A DNA stretch of 64,000 nucleotides from the sequence record MZ234018.1; one strand, 5' to 3'. This DNA is from Escherichia phage vB_EcoM-101117BS1. The notes below the pieces were generated by a model, which worked only from the letters and a program-made list of their open reading frames with translations, did not search any database and had not been told where the DNA came from. Positions within the stretch are counted from its first letter, which is position 1, and each line of letters begins with the position of its first letter. A program made the position numbers and the translations under genes. Below are positions 48,309 to 59,939 of this stretch, in pieces.

Positions 48309-49487
48309 ATGAGCACAGTTTTTAATACAAATCCAGTTGATGTTTTAAAAGAACCTATGTTTTTTGGTTCAGGTCTTGGTATTGCGCGTTATGATATTCA
48401 ACGCCATAAAGTTTTTGAAGATTTAACCGAAAAGCAATTATCATTTTTCTGGCGTCCTGAAGAAGTAAACTTAATGATGGATGCTGCACAGTTTAATAAG
48501 CTTCCTCAGTATCAGCAAAATATTTTTACTAATAATCTGAAGTATCAATCACTTTTGGATAGCATTCAGGGTCGTGCGCCGTCTGCTGTACTTATGTCAT
48601 TAATTTCAGACCCAAGCCTTGATACATGGGTTGCTACGTGGACTTTTAGTGAAACTATTCACTCTCGTTCATATACACATATCATGCGAAATCTTTATAC
48701 TGATCCATCGAAGGTATTTGATGAGATTGTATTAGATGAAGCTATTATGAAACGTGCTGAATCCATTGGACGTTATTATGATGATGTTCTGACTAAAACT
48801 CGTTATTGGGAAAACGCTAAAGCTGATATCGAATACCAAAAAGAAATTAATGCAGACGAAGATGTTATTGAAGATGCTATTGAGCATGAGACATATTGGA
48901 AGCGTGAGCTAATGAAATCTCTTTACCTCTGTTTGCATGTAATCAACGCATTGGAAGCTATTCGTTTTTATGTATCTTTCGCATGTACCTTTAACTTCCA
49001 TAAGAACATGGAAATTATGGAAGGCAATGCAAAGATTATGAAGTTCATTGCACGTGATGAGCAGCTTCATCTTAAAGGTACACAATATATTATTCGTCAA
49101 CTTCAATCTGGTACTGATGGCGATGAATGGGTTAAAATTGCTCAAGAGTGTGAACAAGAAGCAGTTGATATTTTCATGGAAGTTAACCGCCAAGAAAAAG
49201 ATTGGGCAGTTCATTTATTTAAAGATGGCGATGTTCCTGGATTAAATACAAATAGCATGTGGAGCTTTATTGATTACTTAACTGTATCTCGTATGAAACA
49301 GTGTGGTCTTCCATGCCCAATTACCGATGCTCCGGTTAAACATCCATATCCTTGGATTCGTGAATATCTTAATTCTGATAATGTTCAATCCGCGCCACAA
49401 GAAGTAGAACTGTCATCTTACCTTGTTGCACAGATTGATAATGATGTTGATGATAAAGTTATGATGAGTTTTAAAAAATATTTTTAA
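48309..49487 (+). CDS. nrdB: ribonucleotide reductase small subunit, uninterrupted
   Basis: 392 aa in one ORF; ferritin-like di-iron/tyrosyl-radical protein. Confidence 0.9.
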   Translation: MSTVFNTNPVDVLKEPMFFGSGLGIARYDIQRHKVFEDLTEKQLSFFWRPEEVNLMMDAAQFNKLPQYQQNIFTNNLKYQSLLDSIQGRAPSAVLMSLISDPSLDTWVATWTFSETIHSRSYTHIMRNLYTDPSKVFDEIVLDEAIMKRAESIGRYYDDVLTKTRYWENAKADIEYQKEINADEDVIEDAIEHETYWKRELMKSLYLCLHVINALEAIRFYVSFACTFNFHKNMEIMEGNAKIMKFIARDEQLHLKGTQYIIRQLQSGTDGDEWVKIAQECEQEAVDIFMEVNRQEKDWAVHLFKDGDVPGLNTNSMWSFIDYLTVSRMKQCGLPCPITDAPVKHPYPWIREYLNSDNVQSAPQEVELSSYLVAQIDNDVDDKVMMSFKKYF

Positions 49488-49491
49488 GGAG

Positions 49492-49514
49492 TGGGCCGCA
49501 AGGCCCATTTTATT
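49492..49514 (+). terminator. intrinsic terminator after nrdB
   Basis: TGGGCC-GCAA-GGCCCA followed by TTTTATT. Confidence 0.65.
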
Positions 49515-51102
<1,588 letters not shown>

Positions 51103-51105
51103 GCT

Positions 51106-51135
51106 GTTTACAAGTCCCTCATGTTGTGTTACAGT
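51106..51135 (+). promoter_or_regulatory. phage early promoter
   Basis: GTTTAC 51106-51111, 18-bp spacer, TACAGT. Confidence 0.45.
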
Positions 51136-51166
51136 AGTCTTACTGACATAACATGAGGACTTTATG

Positions 51167-51670
51167 ATGGATTTACAGCTTATTACTACTGAAATGGTCG
51201 TTGAAGCATACGGTGATACTACAGATGGGATTTCTGTATTCAAAGGAAATCGTCGAGTTGGATATATCACCGATCTTAAGAAAGATTTAGCTAAGCAAGT
51301 CAAGCGGAAAACGACCATTAAAGAATATCGAAATCGTCGTCTTGAGCAAGCCCGTGATATGCTTCCTGATGCGGTTGAGGAGATGAAAGTCTTTTTAGAA
51401 AATCAACTCGCTAAGTATGATTGTGAAGTGTTCATTAATCAGACTCAACCTAATGTTCATATCAATAGCTGTAAATGCTATATTATCGTTAATCCTTTAA
51501 CGGGAAAACATCGTCTTGGAATTAGTAATCCAAATCGTAGCGCATCAGATATGGCAGAAGATGTTGCGGCATGCTTTAAAATTTCTAAATCTCCGGCGGA
51601 ACATCATATTTTAATTAACGGTCTTTCTCAAGACGATATTATAGAGGTTATTAAAACTTTATGCAATTAA
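51167..51670 (+). CDS. alc: Alc (inhibitor of host transcription on cytosine-containing DNA)
   Basis: 167 aa; MDLQLITTEMVVEAYGDTTDGISVFKGNRRVGYITDLKKDLAKQVKRK. Confidence 0.8.
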   Translation: MDLQLITTEMVVEAYGDTTDGISVFKGNRRVGYITDLKKDLAKQVKRKTTIKEYRNRRLEQARDMLPDAVEEMKVFLENQLAKYDCEVFINQTQPNVHINSCKCYIIVNPLTGKHRLGISNPNRSASDMAEDVAACFKISKSPAEHHILINGLSQDDIIEVIKTLCN

Positions 51671-52014
51671 GTAATACGACAGCAGGCTTGTTATTAATTG
51701 TAATTGCATTGGGCGGAACTTCTTTAATTTTAAAAAATAAAATTGAAAGATTAGAAACGTCTGTTGTAGAAATTACAAAAACGGCCAATGAAAACGCTTT
51801 AGCATTAAATAATTTGCGAATTCAGTATAATTATATTGATGCGATGAATAATAAAAATCGTGAGGCAATTGCTGCTATTGAGCGTGAAAATGAAAAACTG
51901 CGCAAAGACGCAAAGAAGGCGGATGTGGTGACTCATAAGCCAGGATTGGTTGAAAAACAAATCAACAACTCCTTCAACAAGTTCGCAGAAGACATCCAGG
52001 ACCTTTCTAAATGA
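51661..52014 (+). CDS. membrane-anchored coiled-coil protein (117 aa)
   Basis: N-terminal transmembrane helix; heptad-like segment. Confidence 0.55.
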   Translation: MQLSNTTAGLLLIVIALGGTSLILKNKIERLETSVVEITKTANENALALNNLRIQYNYIDAMNNKNREAIAAIERENEKLRKDAKKADVVTHKPGLVEKQINNSFNKFAEDIQDLSK

Positions 52015-52310
52015 TTAAACTATCAACAGTAATATTATCTATTGGTCTTCTAGTTGGTTGTTCGACAAAGCCTCTAGAAGTAAAGAAAGAAACAGTTCAT
52101 CCTAATTGGCCTGTACAAATAAAGTCATATGATGAAGCTAAACTATCTTGGCAAGTTAAAGTTATTGATGGTAAAGCTTGGGTCGGTATGCCATTTGAAG
52201 ATTCCCAGGAATTTCGCATTTGGCTTAATGATGTAAAACGATATGTACATGATCAGAAAACTATGATATGTTATTATCGTCAAGAGTTAAAAGAGGATAA
52301 ATGCAAATGA
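52011..52310 (+). CDS. putative lipoprotein (99 aa)
   Basis: Signal peptide with lipobox LLVGCS. Confidence 0.55.
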   Translation: MIKLSTVILSIGLLVGCSTKPLEVKKETVHPNWPVQIKSYDEAKLSWQVKVIDGKAWVGMPFEDSQEFRIWLNDVKRYVHDQKTMICYYRQELKEDKCK

Positions 52311-52531
52311 TTTCATGGCATCAATTTGAACATCTCAAAGGATTGATTTATGAATCCGAGATGGCTGCAATGATTTATGGACGCCAGATTCAACGGTTAG
52401 AATCTTTACCTCCAACTAATGATGTTTTATTAGCTCAATCTCGGGCTAATCTTAAAAATGAATACCAAAATAAGTGGGGTAAAGCATCTAAAGACTTGCA
52501 TGATTATATTCAATCATTGGTTGAGAAATAA
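52301..52531 (+). CDS. hypothetical protein (76 aa)
   Basis: Overlapping start/stop with neighbours. Confidence 0.5.
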   Translation: MQMISWHQFEHLKGLIYESEMAAMIYGRQIQRLESLPPTNDVLLAQSRANLKNEYQNKWGKASKDLHDYIQSLVEK

Positions 52532-52534
52532 TAA

Positions 52535-53760
<1,226 letters not shown>

Positions 53761-53948
53761 TGGCGTGGCATCATGAAACTTGGTCTATTGTTATTGTAAA
53801 TAGTGGTTTAGTTGGTACTAGTAATGGCAATTTTGTGTATTCACTAGTGAAATAAGAGCTTGGGAGGAATGCCTTAAATTAAGAGAAAAGAATCCTGATA
53901 TTGAACTAACAGTAAAGAAAACTAAACTACCTTTACCATGGAAAACTT

Positions 53949-54149
53949 ATGAATAATATAGAAAAGATTTATCGTCTTTGTGATAAAATTGAAAAAGAAA
54001 AGAAATATCTATTTTGTTTATGGCCTATTGTTGATGGAAGAGTAGGCTTAGATGTTCTTGATTATGAAACAGAAGACAAAGTAGATGGTTCAACTTTTGA
54101 TAATGCGTTGGATGTTATTGATTGGCTTGAAGAAAATTATGTGAGGTAA
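53949..54149 (+). CDS. hypothetical protein (66 aa)
   Basis: Acidic small ORF. Confidence 0.5.
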   Translation: MNNIEKIYRLCDKIEKEKKYLFCLWPIVDGRVGLDVLDYETEDKVDGSTFDNALDVIDWLEENYVR

Positions 54150-54151
54150 AT

Positions 54152-54427
54152 ATGTTTCCGACTTATTCTAAAATCGTAGAAGTAGTGTTTAGTCAAATTA
54201 TTGCTAATAATATGTTTGAAAAGCTTGATAACGCAGCCGAACTTCGAATCCATGCTCAAGTGACTCATGTATTAAACACTTTGCTTCCAGACCAGGTGGA
54301 TTCTGTTGCCATTACGCTGTATCCAGGTTCCGCGCATATCATTGTCGTATTCGGTCTTGATGCTGAGTTAGTTATCAAAGGCGACATTCGCTTTGAATCT
54401 CAAACTGCGGAATTCAAAGCGATTTAA
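54152..54427 (+). CDS. hypothetical protein (91 aa)
   Basis: GAGGTAAAT RBS. Confidence 0.55.
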   Translation: MFPTYSKIVEVVFSQIIANNMFEKLDNAAELRIHAQVTHVLNTLLPDQVDSVAITLYPGSAHIIVVFGLDAELVIKGDIRFESQTAEFKAI

Positions 54428-54429
54428 TA

Positions 54430-54459
54430 GTTTACTTTACAGTAGAGTTGTGATATTAT
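54430..54459 (+). promoter_or_regulatory. phage early promoter
   Basis: GTTTAC 54430-54435, 18-bp spacer, TATTAT. Confidence 0.55.
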
Positions 54460-54489
54460 GGCTCTATCAAACAAATGAGGAAATTGAAA

Positions 54490-55017
54490 ATGAGCGAATG
54501 GTTTGAAGAAGATAAGGTTTATCGCTTTAAAGCTGGATATAAAGATATTTTTAATGAAACTTGCGGGGCTAATAAACGAATTGCTCAGTTTATTGGGGAA
54601 AATTCATTTAAAGTAAAAATTGATCCCGCGAAAAATGTTATTAGCATTAAACGTGAAATTGACGATTACTGGTATAAAGCTGTTGATGTAATGGGTGAAT
54701 GCTATAAAGATAGCCCATTATTTTCAATTACTTATATGTCAGAATATTATTTTTTCGAAGAAGTTCAAAAAGATGATTCTGTCAGTAAATTTGAAATTAA
54801 AACTGATAAAGAAATTAAATGGAAAGTAGTAGGTATTACTGGTTGTATGTTTTATATCTATGCTCAAACTGATACGAAGGAAGAAGCTAAAAAGAAAGCT
54901 CTAGAATATCTTGAAGAGTATGAAGAAGGCCCGGTAATGATTACTCAAGATGCTGAATTAGTTTCTGTCAAATTAGTTAAAAACGTTGAAAGTAAGGAGC
55001 TGGGATCAACATGCTAA
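54490..55017 (+). CDS. hypothetical protein (175 aa)
   Basis: ATG 54490 after GAGGAAATTG; ATG 54475 lies too close to the promoter. Confidence 0.55.
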   Translation: MSEWFEEDKVYRFKAGYKDIFNETCGANKRIAQFIGENSFKVKIDPAKNVISIKREIDDYWYKAVDVMGECYKDSPLFSITYMSEYYFFEEVQKDDSVSKFEIKTDKEIKWKVVGITGCMFYIYAQTDTKEEAKKKALEYLEEYEEGPVMITQDAELVSVKLVKNVESKELGSTC

Positions 55018-55247
55018 GTGAAAAACCGATTACTGTTAAAGAATTCCAAGAAAAAGTTAAGCTATTTGCACAGGAATTGGTAAATAAGGTTTCTGAACGA
55101 TTTCCAGAAACATCGGTTCGTGTTATTACCGAAACTCCTCGTTCAGTATTAGTAATTGTGAATCCAGGTGATGGTGACCAAATAACACATCTTAAACTGG
55201 ATTTTGATGGATTAGTTGAAGCACAAAGGGTGTATGGCGTACTATGA
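55011..55247 (+). CDS. hypothetical protein (78 aa)
   Basis: Overlaps neighbours by a few nt. Confidence 0.5.
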   Translation: MLSEKPITVKEFQEKVKLFAQELVNKVSERFPETSVRVITETPRSVLVIVNPGDGDQITHLKLDFDGLVEAQRVYGVL

Positions 55248-55582
55248 TGAATTTAACTGATATAATTGATAATTGTCTTGAAAATGATACTGGCGATCAT
55301 AGAGCGCTTGATTCTGAAACAGCACAGTTCATTAGAATAACTTTAATGAATGATACTCTAGTGAATAGTATTCATCCTTCTGTGTATGATGCTATTATTG
55401 TGACGAAATATCCAGTTGAGCTTCACAAAAAGATGGCTGGTGCAATTTTTATTGATAAGAAAAACCGCTTTAAAGATGGGCAGAATATAATTAGTTCTGT
55501 TATTAAAAGTATAACTAAACTTCGTCACGAAATTTATCGTGTTGAAACTGCTAAATCTGCTTATCTGGTGATTATGAAATGA
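55244..55582 (+). CDS. hypothetical protein (112 aa)
   Basis: ATGA overlaps at both ends. Confidence 0.55.
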   Translation: MMNLTDIIDNCLENDTGDHRALDSETAQFIRITLMNDTLVNSIHPSVYDAIIVTKYPVELHKKMAGAIFIDKKNRFKDGQNIISSVIKSITKLRHEIYRVETAKSAYLVIMK

Positions 55583-56160
55583 AAGCGAGTACAGTACTTC
55601 AAATTGCATATTTAGTATCACAAGAATCAAAATGTTGCTCCTGGAAGGTAGGAGCAGTAATTGAAAAGAATGGACGTATTATTTCTACCGGATATAACGG
55701 TTCTCCGGCAGGTGGTGTGAATTGCTGCGATTATGCTGCCGAGCAAGGTTGGTTGTTGAATAAACCTAAACATACTATCATTCAAGGTCATAAGCCTGAA
55801 TGTGTATCATTTGGTTCAACTGATCGTTTTGTCTTGGCGAAAGAACATCGTAATGCTCACTCTGAATGGTCGTCTAAAAATGAAATTCATGCTGAACTAA
55901 ATGCGATTTTGTTTGCTGCACGAAACGGTTCTTCAATTGAAGGTGCTACTATGTATGTAACACTTTCTCCTTGTCCGGATTGTGCAAAAGCCATAGCTCA
56001 ATCTGGAATTAAAAAACTGGTTTATTGCGAAACATACGATAAAAATAAACCTGGCTGGGATGATATTCTGCGAAATGCAGGTATTGAAGTGTTTAATGTT
56101 CCTAAGAAAAACTTGAATAAGTTAAATTGGGAAAATATCAACGAATTCTGTGGTGAATAA
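55579..56160 (+). CDS. cd: dCMP deaminase
   Basis: 193 aa; zinc-binding HAE and PCPDC motifs. Confidence 0.9.
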   Translation: MKASTVLQIAYLVSQESKCCSWKVGAVIEKNGRIISTGYNGSPAGGVNCCDYAAEQGWLLNKPKHTIIQGHKPECVSFGSTDRFVLAKEHRNAHSEWSSKNEIHAELNAILFAARNGSSIEGATMYVTLSPCPDCAKAIAQSGIKKLVYCETYDKNKPGWDDILRNAGIEVFNVPKKNLNKLNWENINEFCGE

Positions 56161-56396
56161 TGAAATTTCGTTTGGTACAGCTCACAGCAATTAGTTCTTA
56201 TTCTAACGAGAACATTTCATTTGCTGTAGAGTATAAGAAATATTTTTTCTCTAAATGGAAACAGTATTATAAGTCAGAATGGGTTTGTATTGATAGGCCG
56301 TATAGTTGGAAATCTGATTTAGAAAAATGCCAAAAGTTGCTTTCCACTCTTAAAGAACGTGGAACAACTCATATTAAAACTGTAATAGGTAAATAA
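56160..56396 (+). CDS. hypothetical protein (78 aa)
   Basis: ATG overlaps the cd stop. Confidence 0.5.
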   Translation: MKFRLVQLTAISSYSNENISFAVEYKKYFFSKWKQYYKSEWVCIDRPYSWKSDLEKCQKLLSTLKERGTTHIKTVIGK

Positions 56397-56705
56397 ATGA
56401 AACTGACAACTGAACAGAAAGTAGCAATTCGTGAAATTTTGAAAACTAAATTGTCCATGGGTATTTCAAACGTGGTTTTTGAAAAGTCTGATGGTACTAT
56501 TCGTACTATGAAAGGCACCCGTGATGCTGACTTTATGCCAACTATGCAAACCGGTAAATTGACTGAATCTACTCGGAAAGAATCTACTGATATGATTCCG
56601 ATATTTGATGTTGAACTCGGTGCATGGCGAGGTTTTTCTATTGACAAATTGATTTCCGTTAATGGCATGAAAGTTGAGCATTTGCTTCAATTTATTGGTA
56701 AATAA
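56397..56705 (+). CDS. hypothetical protein (102 aa)
   Basis: ATG 1 nt after the previous stop. Confidence 0.55.
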   Translation: MKLTTEQKVAIREILKTKLSMGISNVVFEKSDGTIRTMKGTRDADFMPTMQTGKLTESTRKESTDMIPIFDVELGAWRGFSIDKLISVNGMKVEHLLQFIGK

Positions 56706-56706
56706 A

Positions 56707-56731
56707 TGCTTTAAGAATTATTTGTTATTAT
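56707..56731 (+). promoter_or_regulatory. candidate MotA-dependent middle promoter for gene 31
   Basis: TGCTTTA 56707-56713, 12 bp, TATTAT. Confidence 0.45.
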
Positions 56732-56761
56732 TAATTCATCTGTTAACAAAAAGGAAAAACG

Positions 56762-57097
56762 ATGTCTGAAGTACAACAGCTACCAATTCGTGCTGTCGGT
56801 GAATATGTTATTTTAGTTTCTGAACCTGCGCAAGCCGGTGATGAAGAAGTTACAGAATCAGGACTTATTATTGGTAAACGTGTCCAAGGTGAAGTTCCTG
56901 AACTGTGTGTAGTTCACTCTGTTGGTCCTGATGTTCCTGAAGGTTTCTGCGAAGTTGGTGATTTGACTTCTCTTCCAGTTGGTCAAATTCGAAACGTTCC
57001 GCATCCTTTTGTAGCTCTAGGTCTTAAGCAGCCAAAAGAAATTAAACAAAAATTTGTTACCTGTCACTATAAAGCTATTCCGTGTCTTTATAAGTGA
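56762..57097 (+). CDS. 31: gp31 co-chaperonin (GroES analogue)
   Basis: 111 aa; [39 protein letters not shown]. Confidence 0.9.
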
Positions 57098-57105
57098 TAT
57101 AAATA
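57098..57105 (+). promoter_or_regulatory. late promoter (TATAAATA)
   Basis: Exact TATAAATA immediately after the gene 31 stop, upstream of rIII. Confidence 0.45.
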
Positions 57106-57223
57106 ATAATATGAATTGAGTTTCAATTCTATGTGGTAGTCTACAACTGAGAGATCTGTCGAAAGAAGATGAAATTCAGAAGAACGTGACTACCGAGTTT
57201 TAATCTCTAACGAGAATTTTTAA

Positions 57224-57472
57224 ATGATTAAACAATTACAACACGCTCTTGAACTGCAACGAAACGCATGGAATAATGGTCACGAAAACTATGGCGCATC
57301 TATTGATGTTGAAGCCGAAGCTCTTGAAATCCTGCGTTATTTCAAACATCTGAATCCTGCTCAAACTGCATTAGCTGCTGAGCTTCAGGAAAAAGATGAA
57401 CTTAAATATGCTAAGCCTCTGGCTTCTGCCGCACGAAAAGCAGTTCGTCACTTTGTGGTAACACTGAAGTAA
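57224..57472 (+). CDS. rIII: RIII lysis-inhibition accessory protein
   Basis: 82 aa; position between 31 and the 30.x genes. Confidence 0.8.
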   Translation: MIKQLQHALELQRNAWNNGHENYGASIDVEAEALEILRYFKHLNPAQTALAAELQEKDELKYAKPLASAARKAVRHFVVTLK

Positions 57473-57666
57473 TTTATTGGAGAGTCACTGCCTTAGTGTG
57501 AAGTTAAAACGAGGAGCCGTCGAACTTTGTTTTACGGTGTACCTCTTGAATGTTGACGAGGTTTATGGTTATCCTGTCGGTAAATATTCAAAACCTAAGT
57601 ACCCCTTGAGGGCTTGCGCAGGCAATGCCAATAAGTCCTGCATTTTCATTTAAAAGAGAATTTATA

Positions 57667-57843
57667 ATGGCAAAACAAGCTAAAGCAAAGAAAGCAGTTG
57701 AAAAGAAAGTTGGTGATTCTAAACGCGCTGGTTACAAGCGTGGGTCGAACTCTCGTATCAATCAAACTGTTGAGAAGATCATGCGCCGAGCACGTGCGGT
57801 TCTTCGAGATGATGCTTCTCGTTTTGGTAAGCAGAAAGCATAA
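57667..57843 (+). CDS. small basic protein (58 aa)
   Basis: MAKQAKAKKAVEKKVGDSKRAGYKRGSNSR...; an upstream in-frame ATG at 57625 is also possible. Confidence 0.5.
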   Translation: MAKQAKAKKAVEKKVGDSKRAGYKRGSNSRINQTVEKIMRRARAVLRDDASRFGKQKA

Positions 57844-57846
57844 GTT

Positions 57847-57876
57847 AAGGACTCCTTCGGGAGTCCTTTTTTATTT
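57847..57876 (+). terminator. intrinsic terminator
   Basis: AAGGACTCC-TTCG-GGAGTCCTT followed by TTTTATTTT. Confidence 0.75.
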
Positions 57877-57896
57877 TCCAAAGATTGCACAAAGTT

Positions 57897-57926
57897 GTTT
57901 ACAGTATGACTCCTTTGTGATAGTAT
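57897..57926 (+). promoter_or_regulatory. phage early promoter
   Basis: GTTTAC 57897-57902, 18-bp spacer, TAGTAT. Confidence 0.5.
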
Positions 57927-57953
57927 TATCTTACACAAACAAAGGAGAATAAA

Positions 57954-58322
57954 ATGAAAATCAATCTTAACTCATACATCAAAGGTAAAGACCACGACGG
58001 CTATAAAGCTATCGAAACTAAAGAACTTCAGTGGCACTTATACAAAGAACAATTTGAATTTGTAGGTTGCATGACTCCTGAAGGTCCTTCTGATGATTTC
58101 TCTTGGAAAATAATGTTAACTAACTTTTTTACTGGAGATACATACGAATTAAAAACTTTGATTCTTGGTAAAATTCGCTGTGAGACTTATGAAGATAAAG
58201 AAACTGGTTACTCTGAAGATGTTACGTGGTATCAAAATGGTCGTATTACCGCTGACCTCTTGATTGAAAAAATGAAAGCCAAAGGTGAATTAAATTTAGA
58301 TAATTGGATTAAAGTTGCATAA
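57954..58322 (+). CDS. hypothetical protein (122 aa)
   Basis: AAAGGAGAATAAA RBS. Confidence 0.6.
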   Translation: MKINLNSYIKGKDHDGYKAIETKELQWHLYKEQFEFVGCMTPEGPSDDFSWKIMLTNFFTGDTYELKTLILGKIRCETYEDKETGYSEDVTWYQNGRITADLLIEKMKAKGELNLDNWIKVA

Positions 58323-58326
58323 AATA

Positions 58327-58355
58327 GTTTACTTTGGTACAGGATATGATATTAT
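58327..58355 (+). promoter_or_regulatory. phage early promoter
   Basis: GTTTAC 58327-58332, 17-bp spacer, TATTAT. Confidence 0.5.
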
Positions 58356-58392
58356 ATACCTGTACCGCAATTAAACATCTCGGAGAATAAAA

Positions 58393-58758
58393 ATGAATTA
58401 CATCAACTTTGAACGTAAATATGTTTCTAACGGTATTGCAGGTTCTATTGATACTATCTGCCTTTGGAAACATCAAAATGGATCAGTATGCGAAATTGAA
58501 CAGTATATGACTCCTAACTACGTTTATATGCGATTTGAAAATGGCATCACGGTTTCAATCACGAAAGAAGGTTCTTCTTTTAAAATCGCATTGGATGATG
58601 ATTTTCGTCAACGCGATTTAGGGACTCATCCTTGCTGGAATGGCGTTAATCGCAAGCTTCTGGTTAAAACTTGGATTCGTCATATTCTGAGTAACAGAGC
58701 TAAACCTGAACATCTCGAAGCAATCTTTGATGTAGTTCTTAACGAATTTGATATTTAA
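58393..58758 (+). CDS. hypothetical protein (121 aa)
   Basis: CGGAGAATAAAA RBS. Confidence 0.6.
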   Translation: MNYINFERKYVSNGIAGSIDTICLWKHQNGSVCEIEQYMTPNYVYMRFENGITVSITKEGSSFKIALDDDFRQRDLGTHPCWNGVNRKLLVKTWIRHILSNRAKPEHLEAIFDVVLNEFDI

Positions 58759-58800
58759 AAATAAATGAGGGGCTTTGGCCCCCTTACTGAGGAAAATATT

Positions 58801-59088
58801 ATGTTTATGACTACTTATTTTGACACCCGCAAAAATTTCTGTGAAGTGGTTTTCTCAAAGGCGCCCAAAGACCTTCCTGCTCATTTGCAACCTACTAGCG
58901 AATCTATTAAAAACTACGTTGATGTGGTTTGTCCTTTAGAGTTCCGTACTGTAAATGGGCGTGATACTTTAGCTATCACTAAACTCAATCGCGAAATTGA
59001 CATTGACCCTTCAATTGCGCGCGAAATTAATATCTCTGATATTGGTGGTGGTAATGTTAAATCGCATGGTTTTCAGATGAGGTTCTAA
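58801..59088 (+). CDS. hypothetical protein (95 aa)
   Basis: ATG 58801 after GAGGAAAAT; ORF-track start 58765 lies in a hairpin. Confidence 0.55.
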   Translation: MFMTTYFDTRKNFCEVVFSKAPKDLPAHLQPTSESIKNYVDVVCPLEFRTVNGRDTLAITKLNREIDIDPSIAREINISDIGGGNVKSHGFQMRF

Positions 59089-59285
59089 TGAAATTCTTTT
59101 TAGGTCAAACTGTTGAATTAAAGGGAATTGGTATACCTGGATTAATTTCTAAGGTTTTACCTGCATTTAAATTGGGAGATGTTCAAGTAAAAGATGCTTA
59201 TATTGTTTCCTGGGTAGATGGAAATGAAGACCTTCGTATGGGTGATGAATTATCTCCTATCTATGGATTAAAGGAATTAGTATGA
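59088..59285 (+). CDS. hypothetical protein (65 aa)
   Basis: ATG overlaps the previous stop. Confidence 0.5.
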   Translation: MKFFLGQTVELKGIGIPGLISKVLPAFKLGDVQVKDAYIVSWVDGNEDLRMGDELSPIYGLKELV

Positions 59286-59488
59286 ATATAATTAATAAGA
59301 TTTTTGGAATTCAGTACATTAAGGTCACATATAAAGTAACAGATAAAAATCCGTATACAGATGAACATGAAGAACCACAAGTTAAGTCTATTATATTAGA
59401 AAAGGACCCTAACTGGCCAGTTGAATTTCGTCTTCCTTGCTATGGTCATTGGGCTGATGTTGAAATTATAAGCATTGAAAATGTCTGA
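59282..59488 (+). CDS. hypothetical protein (68 aa)
   Basis: ATGA overlap. Confidence 0.5.
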   Translation: MNIINKIFGIQYIKVTYKVTDKNPYTDEHEEPQVKSIILEKDPNWPVEFRLPCYGHWADVEIISIENV

Positions 59489-59939
59489 GTTAGAGATTAG
59501 AAGCAATTTTAGGTGGCCATCATGTGCATTAAGTAATTTCGCCAAATGGCCTTTCGTTATGGATGGTATTCAATTTGGAGGTCTTGAAGGATTCCTCCAA
59601 GGGTGCAAGGTGAAAAATGTTGAACAACAACGTCGTATATTTGGGTTATCCGGGCTTGCCGCCCAACAAGCTGGAAGGTCTTATGCAAGAGCTCAGGACC
59701 GTGGGACCCTCTTCTGGCTGGGAGTTCCATTTTCAAGATACTCCCCAGCGTGGAAAGAGTTGTATACAAATGCATATTTTGAAGCAGCGATTCAAAACAA
59801 GGGGTTTCGTGATGCCTTACAAGCCTCAAAAGGAAAAGTTTTGAAGCACAGCATGGCTAGTGGTCTAACAAAAGATGATACAATACTAACCGAAGCTGAA
59901 TTTATTGATGTGTTAAACCTATTAAGAGACTCTCTATGA
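59481..59939 (+). CDS. NADAR-like (YbiA/DUF1768-type) protein, putative ADP-ribose/N-glycoside hydrolase
   Basis: ALSNFAKWPFVMDGIQFGGLEGFLQGCKV resembles the NADAR FSNF..WP...DG....E.yfQa.Kf core; 152 aa. Confidence 0.55.
   Translation: MSELEIRSNFRWPSCALSNFAKWPFVMDGIQFGGLEGFLQGCKVKNVEQQRRIFGLSGLAAQQAGRSYARAQDRGTLFWLGVPFSRYSPAWKELYTNAYFEAAIQNKGFRDALQASKGKVLKHSMASGLTKDDTILTEAEFIDVLNLLRDSL

Noticed and set aside
57625-57666. Upstream in-frame ATG (57625) for the small basic ORF
   Set aside because: No convincing RBS and it lies in the structured GC-richer segment; ATG 57667 preferred, though this is uncertain.
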